Source of the DNA: Chrysomallon squamiferum
Taxonomy: Eukaryota > Animalia > Mollusca
Direction: 5' to 3'
NCBI GenBank assembly: GCA_012295275.1
Contig: CM022679.1
Coordinates: 992,001-1,056,000, forward strand
Length of the DNA: 64,000 nucleotides
Shown here: positions 51,307 through 64,000 of the stretch, one piece after another
How positions within the stretch are numbered: the stretch's first letter is position 1
Layout: every line of letters begins with the position of its first letter
The notes under the pieces: model-generated
The model's database searches: none
Seen by the model: the letters and a program-made list of their open reading frames with translations, nothing else
Told to the model about the DNA's origin: nothing
Program-made: the position numbers and the translations under genes

Positions 51307-52010
51307 GGCACTGTTAAATATTTAATATTATTATTTACATTTGTAAACCAAAAAACATATATTAGAAAATGAAGTATAACGTGTGAAATGGACTTCGCGT
51401 GTAATTATTATAATATCTACACGTATAATGAGCATGCACACCCGTTTGTTTACCACAAAATTTAATTTGCATGCAGACACTGCTTTCCGAGCTGTTGATA
51501 TAAAAACAGAAACATGCAGCAAAATAGTCTGATATTTAACACATCAGATGCACGTTCACAAAGGTTTTAGAAAATATATGTATGTTCTCAAAGGTTATAG
51601 AAAATATATGTTCAGAAAGGTTGTACAAATTACATGTATGTTCACAAAGGTTATACAAATTACATGTATGTTCAGAAAGGTTATACCAAATTTTATGTAT
51701 TTAACAACGGTTATACAAATGATGTGCACGTTTACGAAGGCTATACAAATTATATGTGTGTTCACAAAGGTTATACCAAAAACAAAACGTTATAAAAAAA
51801 AAAACACAAACCAAAAAAACAACAAAAATACATCATGTAAATTTTATACTGAATTTTCTTTTTCTTTTTTAATTCTGTTTTATTGCCTTCAGATAGTAAG
51901 ATAATGTTATACAATTTTTTGTACTGAAATATAACACACTAATATATAGTTTTCGAACTGAAATTATAACAGCGGTGTATATACCGAACACTGAATATGA
52001 TAAGATATGA

Positions 52011-52059
<49 letters not shown>

Positions 52060-52204
52060 GCCAATAATAACATCTAAGAAATAATAACAGCAAAAATAAC
52101 AATAATAACAATAACAACAACAATAATAATTATAATAATATGTTAGCAGTAGTCATAATATTACTAATAATAACAATAACAGTAATGATGATGATAATAG
52201 TGAT

Positions 52205-52625
52205 AAGAATAGTGGTAATGACAATAATATCAGTAATGATGATGATGAGGATTGTGGTAATGACAATAATATCAGTAATGACAATAATATCAGTAATGAC
52301 GATGATGAGGATTGTGGTAATGACAATAATATCAGTAATGACGATGATGAGGATTTTGGTAATGACAATAATATCAGTAATGATAATGATGGGGATTGTG
52401 GTAATGACAATAATATCAGTAATGATAATGATGGGGATTGTGGTAATGACAATAATATCAGTAATGACGATGATGAGGATTGTGGTAATGACAATAATAT
52501 CAGTAATGATAATGATGGGGATTGTGGTAATGACAATAATATCAGTAATGATGATGATGAGGATTGTGGTAATGACAATAATATCAGTAATGACGATGAT
52601 GAGGATTGTGGTAATGACAATAATA
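52205..52625. repeat. 42-bp minisatellite between the divergent P5 and P6 start codons
   Basis: About 9-10 copies of GTAATGACGATGATGAGGATTGTGGTAATGACAATAATATCA (14-aa periodicity in the spurious ORFs). Confidence 0.9.
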
Positions 52626-52696
52626 ACAACGAGACACAGAGTTTATTAAATATTAATTCGAAGATGACAAATTGAAATTTTTATTGATTAAATGTG

Positions 52697-52703
52697 TATA
52701 AAT
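52697..52703 (+). promoter_or_regulatory. Candidate TATA box of P6
   Basis: TATAAAT about 60 nt upstream of the P6 ATG. Weak evidence in AT-rich DNA. Confidence 0.35.
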
Positions 52704-52759
52704 TATTCACCTGTCTGTCAAATTTCAAACATTTTCACTGGAATCACTTGAAACTGGAT

Positions 52760-62617
<9,858 letters not shown>

Positions 62618-62648
62618 AACTATAACTCAGTCCATTAAAATCTGCTGT

Positions 62649-62654
62649 AATAAA
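62649..62654 (+). terminator. Candidate polyadenylation signal of P6
   Basis: AATAAA 32 nt after the stop codon. The minus-strand proteases have AATAAA ~45 nt after their stops (e.g. 7748-7743). Confidence 0.5.
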
Positions 62655-62708
62655 ATTTATATACTGTTTGTGATGAATTCTTTCTTCCTGACTTTATGTA
62701 TAAACAAA

Positions 62709-62787
<79 letters not shown>

Positions 62788-63620
62788 TAATAATTAAAAA
62801 AAATAATAATAATAATAACAATAATAATAGTCATAATAAATAAATAAATAAATAAGCGACATTGTAGATTTTTGCAGTTATCAACAACATACTTTGACAA
62901 TAACAACATACACTACTACAACAACTAAAACTACTACTACAATTTCTACTACTATTACTTTTATTATTTCTACTGCTACTATTACTAGTACATAACATAA
63001 ACAATACGAATGATAATGGTCACAATATATTATAGAAACAATGCCACAGGACACACACAAGTAAGTTCAACAAGCAAGTAAATAAAAAATTAAATACCAC
63101 CACCAAATCAATGATTAAATAAAATAATTAAATAAATAAAATGGTGGTAATAATAATACTGATAGCCATATTGATATTCAGAAAAATGATTATTATTATG
63201 AATACGTAGTTCCCATTTGCATTACAATTATTTGTATGCACACAGTCAAATAGCCACTTCGACCACTTGTGTCAGAAAATCAAGTTTTTAAATCGTTAGG
63301 TCGTGTCGTTATTACAGCATAATCAGAATTTTAAACACAAAAAACTATTATTATAAACCGAATATACCACAATGAATGATCAACTAACATATAATTGTTA
63401 TCTCCTTCTTTCTTTTTATTTTGTTTAATTTTTAAAATAATGTTAATTAATTAATTACTTTTTGTTGGGATTCTTGCTTACAGTTGAATAGTGTTCTTCA
63501 TCTTTTCTATTTTAATTATTTAAGAATTATATAATCAATAAATAAAATTTAATATCTGCATTATTTTCATTAATAAAAAAGAAATACTACTACTACTACT
63601 ATTAATAATAATAATAATAA

Positions 63621-63651
<31 letters not shown>

Positions 63652-63709
63652 AACTAAACAGATAAATAATAATAATAATAATAATAATAAGAAGAAGAAG
63701 AAGAAGAAG

Positions 63710-63745
<36 letters not shown>

Positions 63746-64000
63746 AATAATAAACTCTGGGCTTTTTACGAAATGTGAAATTTTAAAGTGACACAAACAA
63801 ATAATTAACAACTACAGTTTTCTTCTTAGATTTTCTTCCTCATTGACTTCCTTATTTTCTTCCTTATTGCCTTTTTTATTTTTTATTTTTTATTTTTTTA
63901 TTTTTTTTGTTTCTTTGTTTGTGTGGACATAGTACATTGACACAATTACATGCAGTTAGCAGTGACTATTCTGTTATTTTAAGTACATCTGAGTACATTC

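Overview
AT-rich, microsatellite-dense, intron-containing animal DNA; a lophotrochozoan, mollusc-like source is my inference, not something the sequence proves. Almost all ORFs in the track are low-complexity noise. The real content, rebuilt by hand from GT-AG splice sites and exon phases, is a young tandem cluster of two gene families. (1) Four minus-strand genes encoding a PAN/Apple domain plus an EPN-type C-type lectin domain (L1-L4, 0.3-18.8 kb), plus an orphan PAN exon. (2) Seven copies of an atypical secreted S1 (chymotrypsin-fold) serine protease: three intact minus-strand paralogs (P2, P4, P5), one open-frame paralog with catalytic His57->Asn (P3), one 5'-truncated copy (P1), one inverted pseudogene forming a ~6.4 kb imperfect palindrome, and one older plus-strand paralog (P6) head-to-head with P5. 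The proteases share non-canonical features: TIGG/AIGG mature N-terminus, two long hydrophobic loop insertions, GWGC with no Cys220, GDSGSAL and Gly189. A segmental duplication and complex junction at ~9.2-13.4 kb leave lectin exons phase-compatible with the last two protease exons, so an in-frame lectin-protease chimeric transcript is possible. Chymotrypsin numbering was assigned by motif, by eye. No database searches were run, so novelty and function remain inference.
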